DNA of 64,000 nt from a virus, in IMG/VR virus record IMGVR_UViG_3300009164_000039. One strand, given 5' to 3'. The notes under the pieces are model-generated. The model saw nothing but the letters and a program-made list of their open reading frames with translations, had not been told where the DNA came from and ran no database searches. This document shows, piece after piece, positions 16,195 through 26,041 of this stretch. Position numbers and translations under genes: made by a program. The number at the start of each line of letters is the position of its first letter. Position 1 is the first letter of the stretch.

Positions 16195-19100
16195 ATGGCA
16201 GCGGTCAACAAAACAGACTCGGCAAATGGCGCCAGCATAATTTACGCCTACAACAGCGATACTGTCAAAACAGTTGAAGTTACCGGCCCTGATGGCACAC
16301 TATTGGCCACGGCCAATACCAGCCTGTTGACCGCAGCCGACATTGTCAAAAAACTAAACGTTGAACAAACAAATCAGTTGGGCTTGGCAAAAGAATTCCA
16401 GACAAGCGTAAATCAAATACAACAGCAACTACAAGCCACAGACCTTACTCCTCGACAAAAAACAACATTAGACTATCAGTTGAAACTTGCGCAGGGTGGA
16501 GCCGCCCGTGCTGACGCCAATGCCACTGCCGTTGCAGCCGCCATACAAAGTATACAAGCAAATTTTGATTCTAACTTTGCTGGACTAGAAAAACAACTCA
16601 AAGACAATCCGTCGGCTGAAGACACAGCCGCCAAAGAAGAAGCACAGTCCGACACAGCAGATGCTGATGAAGACGTTGCTGAGGACGACGATAATACAGA
16701 CCCTGAAGATTTGGATGATGACGAAACATCAAACATTGACGATGAAGAAGATGGTGGCCAAGACGGCAACGAATCAGACACAGACTGGGATAGCCCGGGC
16801 CAAGAAGATCCAGACAACGAAGCCAGTGATCTAAACTCAGACGAATCGTCTGCTGAAACTGCTCAACTGCAAGCACAAAACGACGGTACCACTACTGGTG
16901 ATACCACTGCTAAAAAATATCGATTGGTTGACAATCCCTTACACGATTTTGCAAGTTACACATATCAATTGGCTTTGCATGCATTGTCTGACTCAGACTA
17001 CAATAGATTAGTGGACAATGATTCAGGGTGGGTACCAACATCAACCCTGATTGTTAGTGCTGGTCGCAGAGGCGGCGCAGGATCTGGTTTTGAGCGACAA
17101 CCTTTATTTTACGAAGACTTTTATTTCAACGACTTTAAGATGACAACTATTGTGGGATTAAACAATGGTAAAAAATCAACCAATGCAGTTGATATTGCTT
17201 TTTCACTATTTGAACCCACTGGACTCACGCTGATCAATCGATTGGTAGATGTTAGTGCAAGCGCAGGCATTGGCGCTAAAAACTATCTTGAAATGCCATA
17301 CCTGTTGCAAATAGATTTTCATGGCTACACTGACATCGAAGGACAGACTGGAGAAGCAATACAGTTACTCAACGAACGCAAGTACATTCCTATCAGGATA
17401 ACTGAGATGAAAATCAAAGTTGGTGTGAATGGCGCAGAGTATGCATGCAAGGCTATTCCCTTTAACCATCAAGCATTCAACGATACAGTGAGTGCTACTC
17501 CTGCAAACTTTGAGGTAAGTGCAAAAAACCTACAGCAATTTTTTGAAAACACAGTGGCAGACAATGTGGTAAAGCAAAAAGAACGTGAAGAGCAAGACAA
17601 AAAAGAACTAGAACGATTGCAAAGAGCGTCTGCTACTCCAGAACTCACTGCACGTGAATCAGAAGACATTGACAAGAGCATTGCGGCAAAAAAAGAACAG
17701 TTGGCCAAAGACGGCACATACACTGTGACCAGTTATACTGCGGCATACAATGCATGGCAGAAGGCCGCAGCCGAACATCAGAAAGGTAAAAATCAACAGC
17801 AGGTTACCTACAACGAAGTGCGGGTGGTATTTGCAGATGAGATTTTAGCCAACGATGGCGGCACAATGGTTATTTCAGAGGAGCAGTCACCAAAGAAAGT
17901 ACCAATGGCCAATGCGTCAGACCCCAAGCAAGTGCAAGCCGCTAGACGTGCCAATGCTGGCGCAGGTAACTCTGGCCCGGACTTCCAACGAGGTACATTC
18001 AACATGTACATGGGCACCAGCGTGATGGAAGTGATCAACGTTGCCATGCGAAACAGCAAGTTCATTAGAGACCAAGTCAAAGATCCAACCCAGGAAGGCA
18101 ATGACGCACAAAAAATAGCTGACAAGATGGACGAAAACAAACCACTTGTTTGGTGGAAGATTGTGCCACATATCAAGCTCAAAGATTTTGACCCTGACAA
18201 AAACAAGTACAGCAAAATTATCACCTACTATGTGAACACACACGAATACTATAATAGAAAACACCCATATGGTCCACAGGGTTTGCCCAAAGGCTGGGTC
18301 AAGAAGTATAGTTACATGTACACCGGACAAAACAGAGATGTATTAGATTTCAACATTGACTTTGACACCCTGTACTACACTGCAATCAACATTGACCGTG
18401 GCAAGAGCACAGCCACACAAAGCACCAAGCAAGGTGGCAGTCAAGAAGATGAATTGAACAAGCAAGGAGATACCGTTACTCCAAAACCAAACAGTGCATC
18501 TCCGATCATGCGAGAAAACGTTGCAGAACTCCCTGCGGTAACTGGGTCTGGTGATGCCAAGCGCGACAGCAAAACACAAGCAGTGGCCGGCCTTGCCAAC
18601 GACATCTACAGCGGCAGTCGTGGCGACATGATCAACCTCAAGATCAAAATCATCGGCGATCCTACATTTATCAAACAAGATGATATTTTTATTAATCCAG
18701 GGCAAGCACAGTACAATGCCAACATGAAAGACGATCCGGTTGTTACCAAGAACAACAGCATTCGCACAGACACCGGAGAAATACATTGTCTAGTAGAATT
18801 TTACAGCCCCACAGACCTCGACGAAAAAACAGGGCTGTTGACCTACGAAGGGCGTTGGCGCAGAAGTTTGTTCAGCGGAATCTATCGTATACTTACTGTG
18901 GAAAGTACATTCAGCAAAGGTAAATTTGAACAGTCATTGGACATGATACGATTGTTTAATCAACCCGAGTACGATTACGAAATCAAGCGTGACGCAGACA
19001 TGAGCAAAGAGCGACAGCCAGATCAGACCATAGATCAAGGTAACGAACAGAGTGACACTGAACCATTGGCACTGCCTGAAACAGCAGACTATACCGAGTC

Positions 19101-19770
19101 CGATGGCGGCGGTAGCGATGCTGAAGAAGATTTTGACGATCCAAATCAAATTGAAGACGAAGAGCCCAATGACGAACCAGAGTTGTTAAATCCTGAGGAT
19201 GAGGATGAGTACAATGAACTCAATACTGATCTTGAAGATGCAGACGAACAAGATATCGACGACTGGGACGAGGACAATGCAGATGATCCTGAAGATGAAG
19301 AAGCGGTGCTTGACGATGCTGATCAAGAAGAAGCCGGTGGTAGTGACGCAGTTGATGAAACCCTGGCACAGGCCGAGAACTCACTGGCAGAAGTCCAAGC
19401 AAACTTAGATGACACCGCTGAACTACAAGCGCAAGCAAACGCAATGGCAGCAGACCTAACCAGTACAGACCCTGTTGTTCGTCAACGTGCAGCGCAGGCA
19501 TTCTTAGACGGCCCTGCAAGTGCTCTTGCTACTGGAGCTGAAGGAATTGTTACGCTGACGGAAGACTTAATCAGCACAATGAGAACCGCACAGTCTAGTG
19601 CAGAATTCCAAGAAAAAGCAACAGATGACGAAAAAGCCGAAGTTGAAGCGGCAATCACTCAAATGGAAGGTGATCTACCTAAACTTAGACAAGGCGCAAC
19701 TGATGCAAGAGCCGCACTTGTTAAAGCCAAAGCTGAATTGATCGCCAACCCAATTAGCAATCAAGGATAA
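16195..19770 (+). CDS. Baseplate hub protein (gp27-like core) with long acidic insertions (1191 aa)
   Basis: Core motifs NPLHDFASYTYQLAL, PYLLQIDFHGY, YSYMYTGQNRDVLDFNIDF, IIGDPTFI, FSGIYRILTVESTFSKGKFEQSL. Lies between gp53-like and gp5-like genes. Confidence 0.65.
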   Translation: MAAVNKTDSANGASIIYAYNSDTVKTVEVTGPDGTLLATANTSLLTAADIVKKLNVEQTNQLGLAKEFQTSVNQIQQQLQATDLTPRQKTTLDYQLKLAQGGAARADANATAVAAAIQSIQANFDSNFAGLEKQLKDNPSAEDTAAKEEAQSDTADADEDVAEDDDNTDPEDLDDDETSNIDDEEDGGQDGNESDTDWDSPGQEDPDNEASDLNSDESSAETAQLQAQNDGTTTGDTTAKKYRLVDNPLHDFASYTYQLALHALSDSDYNRLVDNDSGWVPTSTLIVSAGRRGGAGSGFERQPLFYEDFYFNDFKMTTIVGLNNGKKSTNAVDIAFSLFEPTGLTLINRLVDVSASAGIGAKNYLEMPYLLQIDFHGYTDIEGQTGEAIQLLNERKYIPIRITEMKIKVGVNGAEYACKAIPFNHQAFNDTVSATPANFEVSAKNLQQFFENTVADNVVKQKEREEQDKKELERLQRASATPELTARESEDIDKSIAAKKEQLAKDGTYTVTSYTAAYNAWQKAAAEHQKGKNQQQVTYNEVRVVFADEILANDGGTMVISEEQSPKKVPMANASDPKQVQAARRANAGAGNSGPDFQRGTFNMYMGTSVMEVINVAMRNSKFIRDQVKDPTQEGNDAQKIADKMDENKPLVWWKIVPHIKLKDFDPDKNKYSKIITYYVNTHEYYNRKHPYGPQGLPKGWVKKYSYMYTGQNRDVLDFNIDFDTLYYTAINIDRGKSTATQSTKQGGSQEDELNKQGDTVTPKPNSASPIMRENVAELPAVTGSGDAKRDSKTQAVAGLANDIYSGSRGDMINLKIKIIGDPTFIKQDDIFINPGQAQYNANMKDDPVVTKNNSIRTDTGEIHCLVEFYSPTDLDEKTGLLTYEGRWRRSLFSGIYRILTVESTFSKGKFEQSLDMIRLFNQPEYDYEIKRDADMSKERQPDQTIDQGNEQSDTEPLALPETADYTESDGGGSDAEEDFDDPNQIEDEEPNDEPELLNPEDEDEYNELNTDLEDADEQDIDDWDEDNADDPEDEEAVLDDADQEEAGGSDAVDETLAQAENSLAEVQANLDDTAELQAQANAMAADLTSTDPVVRQRAAQAFLDGPASALATGAEGIVTLTEDLISTMRTAQSSAEFQEKATDDEKAEVEAAITQMEGDLPKLRQGATDARAALVKAKAELIANPISNQG

Positions 19771-19773
19771 TGT

Positions 19774-22044
19774 ATGGCAATTGATAAAAGAACAGGCTCA
19801 CGACCACCCAAGTGGACAGATCGCAACAACAGTCCCGGCATACGATTAGATTCGGGTCCTTACGAAGCTGTGGTCAAAAACAATCTTGATCCCACACGAT
19901 CTGGTAGACTGCAGATATGGATACCTGACATGGGTGGTGATCAGAACAATCCCTTAAACTGGCGCACAGTAAACTATGCCAGTCCTTACATGGGTGTGAC
20001 CAATCAGCCTACTGGGGAGAAAAATGTAAACAATGCCTACGAGAACACTCGCAACACCTACGGGTTCTGGGCAGTGCCACCTGACATTGGTAACACAGTA
20101 TTGTGTACATTCATTGCAGGCGATCCTGATCGTGGCTACTGGTTTGCTTGTGTGCTAAACAACCTTAGTCATGGCATGATTCCAGCCAATGGTGGCAGTC
20201 AGATATTTGACAAGAGCTTGATCAAAGACGAAGAGCTTAAAAAAGCAGTGACTGATCAATCAGTCATGCCACTGAGTGAGTTCAATGAAAACGACAAGAA
20301 AAACATCAACAGCGATTTTTATTATACCAAGCGTCCAATACACGAGTTCCAGGCCAAAATTTTAGTTAATCAAGGACTAGATAGAGATCCTATTCGTGGC
20401 GCAATTGGTAGCTCTAGCATGCGAGATATTCCTAGTCAAGTTGTGGGTATCAGCACACCGGGCCGCCCTTTTGACAAAGATCCGGTCGACGATCCCAACT
20501 ACGCAACCAAGATAAATGAAGGCAAGATCAAAGAAGAAGACTATGCAGTGCGTGTGCGCAAAGGTGGACACAGTATAGTCATGGACGATGGCGAGCCAAA
20601 CGAAACTGGTGCAAATCAGCTCATGCGTTTCCGTACAGCCGCTGGTCACCAGATATTGATGAACGACACCGACCGTGTGATTTACATTGCCAACAGTGAT
20701 GGGTCTGCATACGTAGAACTAGCTGGATCGGGGCATGTTCACTTGTTTGCCGGCCGTGGACTCAACATTAGATCAGTGGGAGACATAAATCTGCACACTG
20801 ACACGTCAATGAATATAAATGTGGGCAAAGATTTTAATCTTTCTGTTGCTGGTAAAATCAACATAGAAAGCAATGAGCTCAATCAAACCAGCGTAGGTGC
20901 TAGTACATTGTTTGGTGCAACTTATAATATTGGTAGCACAGGCGGCATCAATGTACAAAGCAGTGCTGGAACAAATATCACTGCCGGTGGCGACATACGT
21001 CAACAAGGTAGTAAAGTTTATCTCAACTCTGGCGCAGGGCAAGGTGTCACTGCGCCCAAAGCTATTCCCAAACTCACACATGATAACGTGGAGCCAGATT
21101 CAAGACTTGGTGGCCGCTATGAGATCAAAGCTGGCAAAATAACAAGTATTGTGGGCATTGCACCCACACATGAACCTTGGGCACGTGGCGCAGGCACTCC
21201 ACAGTCTGGTGGTGCTACTGCCACTCCTGCTGCCACCGCTGCTGCCACACAAGCCGCTGCCGCTGGTACTACCACTGGTAAACAAAGTGTTAACGATTTA
21301 CCACCTCCGGTGGGCAATGTTACCGCAGCCGCAGAGTGCGTGACTAAAAACGTGGTAACAACCGGCTCAGGTGGCAAATTAACAGACGGTCAAGGCAAGC
21401 CAGTCACAACTGGCAGTGGTGGACTGGATCCTGGTCCAGCTGCCGCACAAGGCAAAGCTGTACAGAAGGCAGCACCGCGTAGTTATCTCACACGTACAGA
21501 CAATCCAAGTCCCCCAGGCGGCGTTGGTCCATTGAGCCAGTATCAGGTAAAATGCATAATGACAGCCATGGGCTATACAGAAAGTAACTTTAACTATGCT
21601 ATTAGCAACACCATTGGCTATGTGGGCAAGTATCAATTTGGCGCTGCCGCACTGGTAGAAACCAAGTTCCTTAAACGTGATTACTATACTAACCAAGCTG
21701 GTAATAAAAATGGCTGTTGTAAGGTACAGCAAGCATGGACAGGACGATCTGGTTGCAACTCGCTAGACGACTGGTTCAAGAACCCAGGCGCTCAAGAACA
21801 AGCAATGTTTGAATTGATCACAATGAACTACAAGCAAATGGTCGGTGCCAAAGCAATCAAACCCGATGATGACTTGTGTACCATTGCTGGAATGATCTGT
21901 GTGGCACAATTATTGGGTGGTGCAGGTGCTAGAAAATGGCGGTCAACTGCCGCAGGCGCAGATGCATACGGCAGCACAGGTGAAAAGTATTTCAATATTG
22001 GACGCTATGCCATTGACGTTTTAGCTAATCCTAATGCCAAATAA
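19774..22044 (+). CDS. Central spike, gp5/VgrG-like (OB-fold, beta-helix) with C-terminal lysozyme-like domain (756 aa)
   Basis: DPTRSGRLQIWIP...W..V.YASP...YGFWAVPPDIGN.VL..F (gp5 OB-fold), GHSIVMDD and GHQILMND repeats, PTHEPW, then GYTES...GKYQFG (lysozyme-like). Confidence 0.82.
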   Translation: MAIDKRTGSRPPKWTDRNNSPGIRLDSGPYEAVVKNNLDPTRSGRLQIWIPDMGGDQNNPLNWRTVNYASPYMGVTNQPTGEKNVNNAYENTRNTYGFWAVPPDIGNTVLCTFIAGDPDRGYWFACVLNNLSHGMIPANGGSQIFDKSLIKDEELKKAVTDQSVMPLSEFNENDKKNINSDFYYTKRPIHEFQAKILVNQGLDRDPIRGAIGSSSMRDIPSQVVGISTPGRPFDKDPVDDPNYATKINEGKIKEEDYAVRVRKGGHSIVMDDGEPNETGANQLMRFRTAAGHQILMNDTDRVIYIANSDGSAYVELAGSGHVHLFAGRGLNIRSVGDINLHTDTSMNINVGKDFNLSVAGKINIESNELNQTSVGASTLFGATYNIGSTGGINVQSSAGTNITAGGDIRQQGSKVYLNSGAGQGVTAPKAIPKLTHDNVEPDSRLGGRYEIKAGKITSIVGIAPTHEPWARGAGTPQSGGATATPAATAAATQAAAAGTTTGKQSVNDLPPPVGNVTAAAECVTKNVVTTGSGGKLTDGQGKPVTTGSGGLDPGPAAAQGKAVQKAAPRSYLTRTDNPSPPGGVGPLSQYQVKCIMTAMGYTESNFNYAISNTIGYVGKYQFGAAALVETKFLKRDYYTNQAGNKNGCCKVQQAWTGRSGCNSLDDWFKNPGAQEQAMFELITMNYKQMVGAKAIKPDDDLCTIAGMICVAQLLGGAGARKWRSTAAGADAYGSTGEKYFNIGRYAIDVLANPNAK

Positions 22045-22052
22045 ATACTATT
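22041..22052 (+). promoter_or_regulatory. Putative late promoter ATAAATACTATT immediately before gp25 ATG
   Basis: Overlaps the gp5-like stop codon; ATG follows 5 nt after TAAATA. Confidence 0.6.
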
Positions 22053-22439
22053 ATGGCTAAAAATATATATCGCGGATTCAGCACACACAATCGTCGAAAC
22101 AACTTTCAAGTGAGCGACTATGACCTGGTACGCCAGGATCTATTCAATCACTTTAATATCCGTAAAGGTGAAAAACTCATGAACCCAAATTTTGGAACTA
22201 TTATTTGGAACATGCTGTTTGACCCTCTTACCACAGAAACAAAGAAGATTATGATTGACGATGTACGGCGTATTGTAAACTACGATCCTAGGATCGCAGT
22301 ACAAAACGTGATATTGAACGAATTTGATCGCGGACTACAAATTGAAATAGAACTAACCTATCTTACCACCAATCAGACTGACAGACTAAGTATGAATTTT
22401 GATAGAGATAGCATGAAACTGACCCGATCATCACAATAA
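22053..22439 (+). CDS. gp25: Baseplate wedge subunit, gp25-like (128 aa)
   Basis: DLVRQDLFNHFNIRKGEKLMNPNFGT..W..LFDP and YDPRI. Confidence 0.92.
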   Translation: MAKNIYRGFSTHNRRNNFQVSDYDLVRQDLFNHFNIRKGEKLMNPNFGTIIWNMLFDPLTTETKKIMIDDVRRIVNYDPRIAVQNVILNEFDRGLQIEIELTYLTTNQTDRLSMNFDRDSMKLTRSSQ

Positions 22440-22460
22440 AATACCGTTATTATTGTGCCA

Positions 22461-22467
22461 ATAAATA
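22461..22467 (+). promoter_or_regulatory. Putative late promoter ATAAATA upstream of gp6
   Basis: ataaatac 22 nt upstream of ATG 22489. Confidence 0.55.
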
Positions 22468-22488
22468 CGATAACAGGGCAAAAAATAC

Positions 22489-25400
22489 ATGGCTATCACT
22501 ACTCGGCAAACAGATTTACTAGTACAGCAGGACTGGAAAAAGATATATCAGACGTTTCAAAACGCTGACTTCACTGCTTACGACTTTGAAACCTTGCGCA
22601 AGTCAATGATTGACTACTTGCGTACATACTACCCTGAAGACTTTAACGACTTTATTGAAAGCAGTGAATACGTTGCCCTGATTGATTTGATTGCTTTCCT
22701 AGGACAAAGCCTGGCCTTTCGCGCAGACTTGAATGCACGTGAAAACTTCCTGGACACCGCAGAACGCCGAGACAGCATTCTCAAGCTAGCCCGCTTGATC
22801 AGCTACAACCCAAAGCGCAATATATCATCAGCTGGTGTGTTGAAGTTTGATGCAATCCAAACAACTGAAACTTTATTTGACAGTCAAGGACTAAACCTAA
22901 GTAACATTCCTGTTACCTGGAACGATCCGGGCAATGATAACTGGCAGGAACAGTTTTACACTGTGCTAAATGCAGCCTTTGTTGACAGCCAGGTGATTGG
23001 CAAACCAGGTGGCACTGGAACCATTGCTGGCGTAAAAACTGACGAGTATGCAATCAACATGCTGCCAAACATTGTGCCAACATTCAAATTTGAATCCACT
23101 GTGAACGGTAGTTTAACAAAGTTTGAATTGCTCAGTGCAACTACTGCGGGCAAAGAATACATCTACGAAAAAGACCCCAAGCCTACTAGGATTTTCAACA
23201 TTCTTTATCGTAACGACAATCTAGGCAACGATAGCATCAACACAGGTTTCTTCTTGTACTTCAAACAAGGTGAACTTAAAACGCTGGACTTTACACTGAC
23301 AGAACGCTTACCAAACCGCGTGGTGTCAGTCAATGTGGACAATATCAACAATACCGATGTTTGGTTGTATGGTTTGGACAGCAATGGTAACATCAATGAG
23401 CTGTGGGAGAAAGTTCCTGCTGTTAGTGGTACCAACGTGATTTATAATTCTAGTACCAACAAGAACTTGTACCAAATCAATACTCGTGCAAACGATCAAA
23501 TTGATCTAGTGTTTGGTGACGGCGCACTGGCCAATGTACCACAAGGCTCATATCGTGCATTTTATCGTGTGAGCAACGGAATTGGCTATCGCATTACTCC
23601 AGACGAAATGCAGAACATTGTTCTACCTATTGCCTATGTAAACCGTAATGGCCGCACAGAGCAATTGACTATTCGTTGCAGTTTGCAGTCCACGGTAACC
23701 AATGCACAAGCACGTGAAACACTAGATGAGATACGTACCAAAGCACCACAACAGTACTACACACAGAATCGTATGATCACCGGGGAGGACTATAACATCC
23801 TTCCTTACACACAATTTTCAAGTATACTCAAAGCCAAAGCCACCAACCGATCAAGTTCTGGTGTGAGTCGGTATCTTGACACGCTAGATATCACAGGCAA
23901 GTATTCTAGCACAAACATCTTTGCACAAGATGGATTGTTGTACCGCCAGGAAAGTGTAGATGCAGTGGCGTTTACTAATTCAGCGTCTGGTAATTTGCTG
24001 GCAGTGCTTAAAGATCAGATCAACAATAAACTGTTGAACGAAAATAACATTCCGTTCTCACACTTTTACTACGAAAAATTTGGACGCTTTACTACCACCG
24101 ATCCAGTTATCAATGGATCTTTGTTCTATGCTGTATGGATACAAATGAGCCTGGCAACAGGACAAAGCAAAGGCTACCTCACACTAAAACAAACATACGA
24201 AGACACACTGGATGCGCAAGGCAATGTAATTAATTCATCAGTGTTACCATTGCCACCATTGAAACTAAGTTCAGCCGCATCTACTGCGCTACGATTTGTG
24301 ACACCGGGCTCTATTATTGTATTTGCCGCAAGTAACGATGTAACCAATTTACCAAAATGTTTTGATGTCGACAACAAGATCAAACTTGGTTTACCATCAG
24401 TTGCAGGAGACAAATTGTATTTGTATGCAACAGTCTTGAGTTTCCAAGGTGACGGCACAGCCGGTGGTATTCTACAACCTGGTGACGAAGGCCCTGTTGC
24501 TATTTCGGTATATGTGCCAAACGGTGCTGTGATTAAAGAAATTATTCCTAAGATTTATAACGAAGTCGATGACGATACCCTGCGTGATGCAGTGGCATTG
24601 ATTAACAGTAAAAAGAATCTAGGCATAAGATATGACTCTGTTGCTAAGTTATGGAAAGTTGTTCAGCCGCAGAATTTGAAACTAACACAGACTGACAGTA
24701 CTCTTATTGCAAACCCAGCTGCCAATTCTGAATACGATATAACCTACGCCGGCGACACTGCTGGTCTTGCTCAAGACAGCAGTTGGATTATTGCTTTTGT
24801 AAACAGCATCAATGGATACACCATTTACTATCGCCAATTGAACTATGTGTTTGAAAGCACAAGAGAAACTAAATTTTATTTTGATCCACGTATACGTGTG
24901 TATGACACTCGCACTGGAACAGTATTAGATGATCAAATCAAGATTCTCAAGATCAACAGCCAACCCAACAGCACTAGTGCATTCTTTGATGACCGCACAT
25001 ACTTCATTTACAAAATGATTGTTGACGCCGACGGATACGAAAACACTAGTAAGATTCTTCTAAAATTTCCAGATGTGAATCGCGATGGCGTCCCAGATAA
25101 TCCTGACATTTTCAGAGAAATTGTTGATCCGGCCACAAATACTGCCAACAAGTATGTGTACTTTGAAAAGACCACAGGACTGTACAATTTTGTAAAATTT
25201 GTACCAATTGATGGCACAACAATCAACACACAGTACCAGATCCAAGGCGATATTGAGCGTAATGCTAGCTTGTATCTAGATGGACAAATTTTTTATGCAA
25301 CCACTGATGATGCATTTTATGTGTTGAGTGTCACTGTGTCCAATGGTGCAGTAAGTCGCCGAGCCGTACTAAGTCAAAACTATTTTAGATATCAAGGACG

Positions 25401-26022
25401 TCAACAGTTGTATTTCCAGTATCGACACAATGCCCCGAGCACTCGTCGTATTGATCCTGCACCCAACAACATTATTGATCTGTACTTGCTGACAAAAGTA
25501 TATGCAACAGATTACCAAGCATGGATTCAAGACACGTCGGGCAAAGTAATCAAACCAACTGCGGCTAACAATGCCGAACTTAGCATTGAGTTTGGTGCAT
25601 TGGAAAATATCAAAGCACTTAGCGACACAATCATTTATAATCCAGCACGATTCAAACCACTGTTTGGAGCCAAGGCAGATCCTGCACTTCGTGCCACATT
25701 TAAGGTTGTTAAAAATCCCAATGTGATTATCAGTGACAACGATGTCAAGACCACAGTGGTTGCCGCAATCAATCGATACTTTGACATTAACAACTGGGAT
25801 TTTGGCGAGAGCTTTTATTTCAGTGAGTTAAGTGCATATTTGCATAATATATTGTTGCCTAACATCTCCAGTATTATTATTGTACCAACCAGCGCCCAAC
25901 TTGGCTTTGGTAATTTGTATCAAATCAATGCCGAAGCTGATGAAATTTTAATCAGTGCGGCAACTGTGGACAACATAGAAGTAATACCAGCTATCACATC
26001 AAGTCAGCTGGGACAAGTTTAA
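22489..26022 (+). CDS. gp6: Baseplate wedge protein, gp6-like (1177 aa)
   Basis: DFTAYDFETLRKSMIDYL...DF..SSE...LIDL.A, ENFLDTAERRDS...LA..ISYNPKR, ETLDEIR..AP..Y.TQNRM.T.EDY and C-terminal FGE.FYFSEL. Confidence 0.9.
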   Translation: MAITTRQTDLLVQQDWKKIYQTFQNADFTAYDFETLRKSMIDYLRTYYPEDFNDFIESSEYVALIDLIAFLGQSLAFRADLNARENFLDTAERRDSILKLARLISYNPKRNISSAGVLKFDAIQTTETLFDSQGLNLSNIPVTWNDPGNDNWQEQFYTVLNAAFVDSQVIGKPGGTGTIAGVKTDEYAINMLPNIVPTFKFESTVNGSLTKFELLSATTAGKEYIYEKDPKPTRIFNILYRNDNLGNDSINTGFFLYFKQGELKTLDFTLTERLPNRVVSVNVDNINNTDVWLYGLDSNGNINELWEKVPAVSGTNVIYNSSTNKNLYQINTRANDQIDLVFGDGALANVPQGSYRAFYRVSNGIGYRITPDEMQNIVLPIAYVNRNGRTEQLTIRCSLQSTVTNAQARETLDEIRTKAPQQYYTQNRMITGEDYNILPYTQFSSILKAKATNRSSSGVSRYLDTLDITGKYSSTNIFAQDGLLYRQESVDAVAFTNSASGNLLAVLKDQINNKLLNENNIPFSHFYYEKFGRFTTTDPVINGSLFYAVWIQMSLATGQSKGYLTLKQTYEDTLDAQGNVINSSVLPLPPLKLSSAASTALRFVTPGSIIVFAASNDVTNLPKCFDVDNKIKLGLPSVAGDKLYLYATVLSFQGDGTAGGILQPGDEGPVAISVYVPNGAVIKEIIPKIYNEVDDDTLRDAVALINSKKNLGIRYDSVAKLWKVVQPQNLKLTQTDSTLIANPAANSEYDITYAGDTAGLAQDSSWIIAFVNSINGYTIYYRQLNYVFESTRETKFYFDPRIRVYDTRTGTVLDDQIKILKINSQPNSTSAFFDDRTYFIYKMIVDADGYENTSKILLKFPDVNRDGVPDNPDIFREIVDPATNTANKYVYFEKTTGLYNFVKFVPIDGTTINTQYQIQGDIERNASLYLDGQIFYATTDDAFYVLSVTVSNGAVSRRAVLSQNYFRYQGRQQLYFQYRHNAPSTRRIDPAPNNIIDLYLLTKVYATDYQAWIQDTSGKVIKPTAANNAELSIEFGALENIKALSDTIIYNPARFKPLFGAKADPALRATFKVVKNPNVIISDNDVKTTVVAAINRYFDINNWDFGESFYFSELSAYLHNILLPNISSIIIVPTSAQLGFGNLYQINAEADEILISAATVDNIEVIPAITSSQLGQV

Positions 26023-26041
26023 CTAGGTAAAAGCAAACAAC

